A DNA stretch of 14,055 nt from a virus (taxonomy: Duplodnaviria; Heunggongvirae; Uroviricota; Caudoviricetes). Both the position numbers and the translations under genes were made by a program. Under the pieces are notes generated by a model. It was not told the origin of the DNA, searched no databases, and was given only the letters and a program-made list of their open reading frames with translations. The stretch's first letter is position 1, and every line of letters starts with the position of its first letter. Shown in pieces: positions 13,825 to 14,055 of the stretch. The DNA is taken from the IMG/VR virus record IMGVR_UViG_2690316097_000008; one strand, written 5' to 3'.

Positions 13825-14055
13825 TTAACCCGCAGTGCTTTCAACTGATGAGGGGAACAAAATCTTTTCATCAAACCCTGCATTCATATCATGAACAGCA
13901 ACACACCAATCCATCGACGAACGATTATCAAGAGCCTCCATGATTTCATCCATGCGGCGTAGGTCATACAGGTAAATGCTTTTATCGCCAATGGTGTAAA
14001 AGCCAATTTTTTTCGGTGATGGATGAGGTGTACTGGCAATAGCGGACACTACCAT
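13825..14055 (-). CDS. Hypothetical protein, ORF reaching the window end (possibly N-terminally truncated)
   Basis: ORF with ATG at the last window bases; upstream context is not visible. Same strand and tight spacing with the downstream small ORFs. Confidence 0.4.
   Translation of the reverse strand: MVVSAIASTPHPSPKKIGFYTIGDKSIYLYDLRRMDEIMEALDNRSSMDWCVAVHDMNAGFDEKILFPSSVESTAG

Noticed and set aside
13598-13943. Track ORFs 13598..13789 (minus, 63 aa) and 13665..13943 (plus, 92 aa)
   Set aside because: They overlap the manually identified 55-aa ORF, which has a strong AAGGAG RBS and a paralog next door. The alternatives have no RBS and basic, low-complexity translations.

Overview
This window reads as the late-regulatory and lysis region of a mosaic lambdoid prophage from an Escherichia coli-type genome, with nearly all genes on the minus strand. 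Reading from high to low coordinates: small phage ORFs, the Hok toxin, a DUF968-like protein, RusA, Q antiterminator (two near-full copies plus a fragment, with a truncated IS2 between them), a lambda-like pR' late promoter with terminator, a small HTH ORF, an orphan DNA methyltransferase, three phage tRNAs (Ile2-CAU, Arg-UCG, Arg-UCU), the NanS-p sialate O-acetylesterase, an S21-type pinholin, a small ORF and the start of an endolysin. The layout is that of Stx-converting phages, but the slot between the tRNAs and nanS-p, where stxAB normally sits, holds no stx. It holds AT-rich unassigned ORFs, tandem repeats, a hairpin whose loop is inverted between copies, and a second nanS-p start. Runs of N fall exactly at repeat and duplication junctions, so copy number and junction structure there are unreliable. 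All identifications rest on reading the sequence and on recalled protein families; no searches were run.
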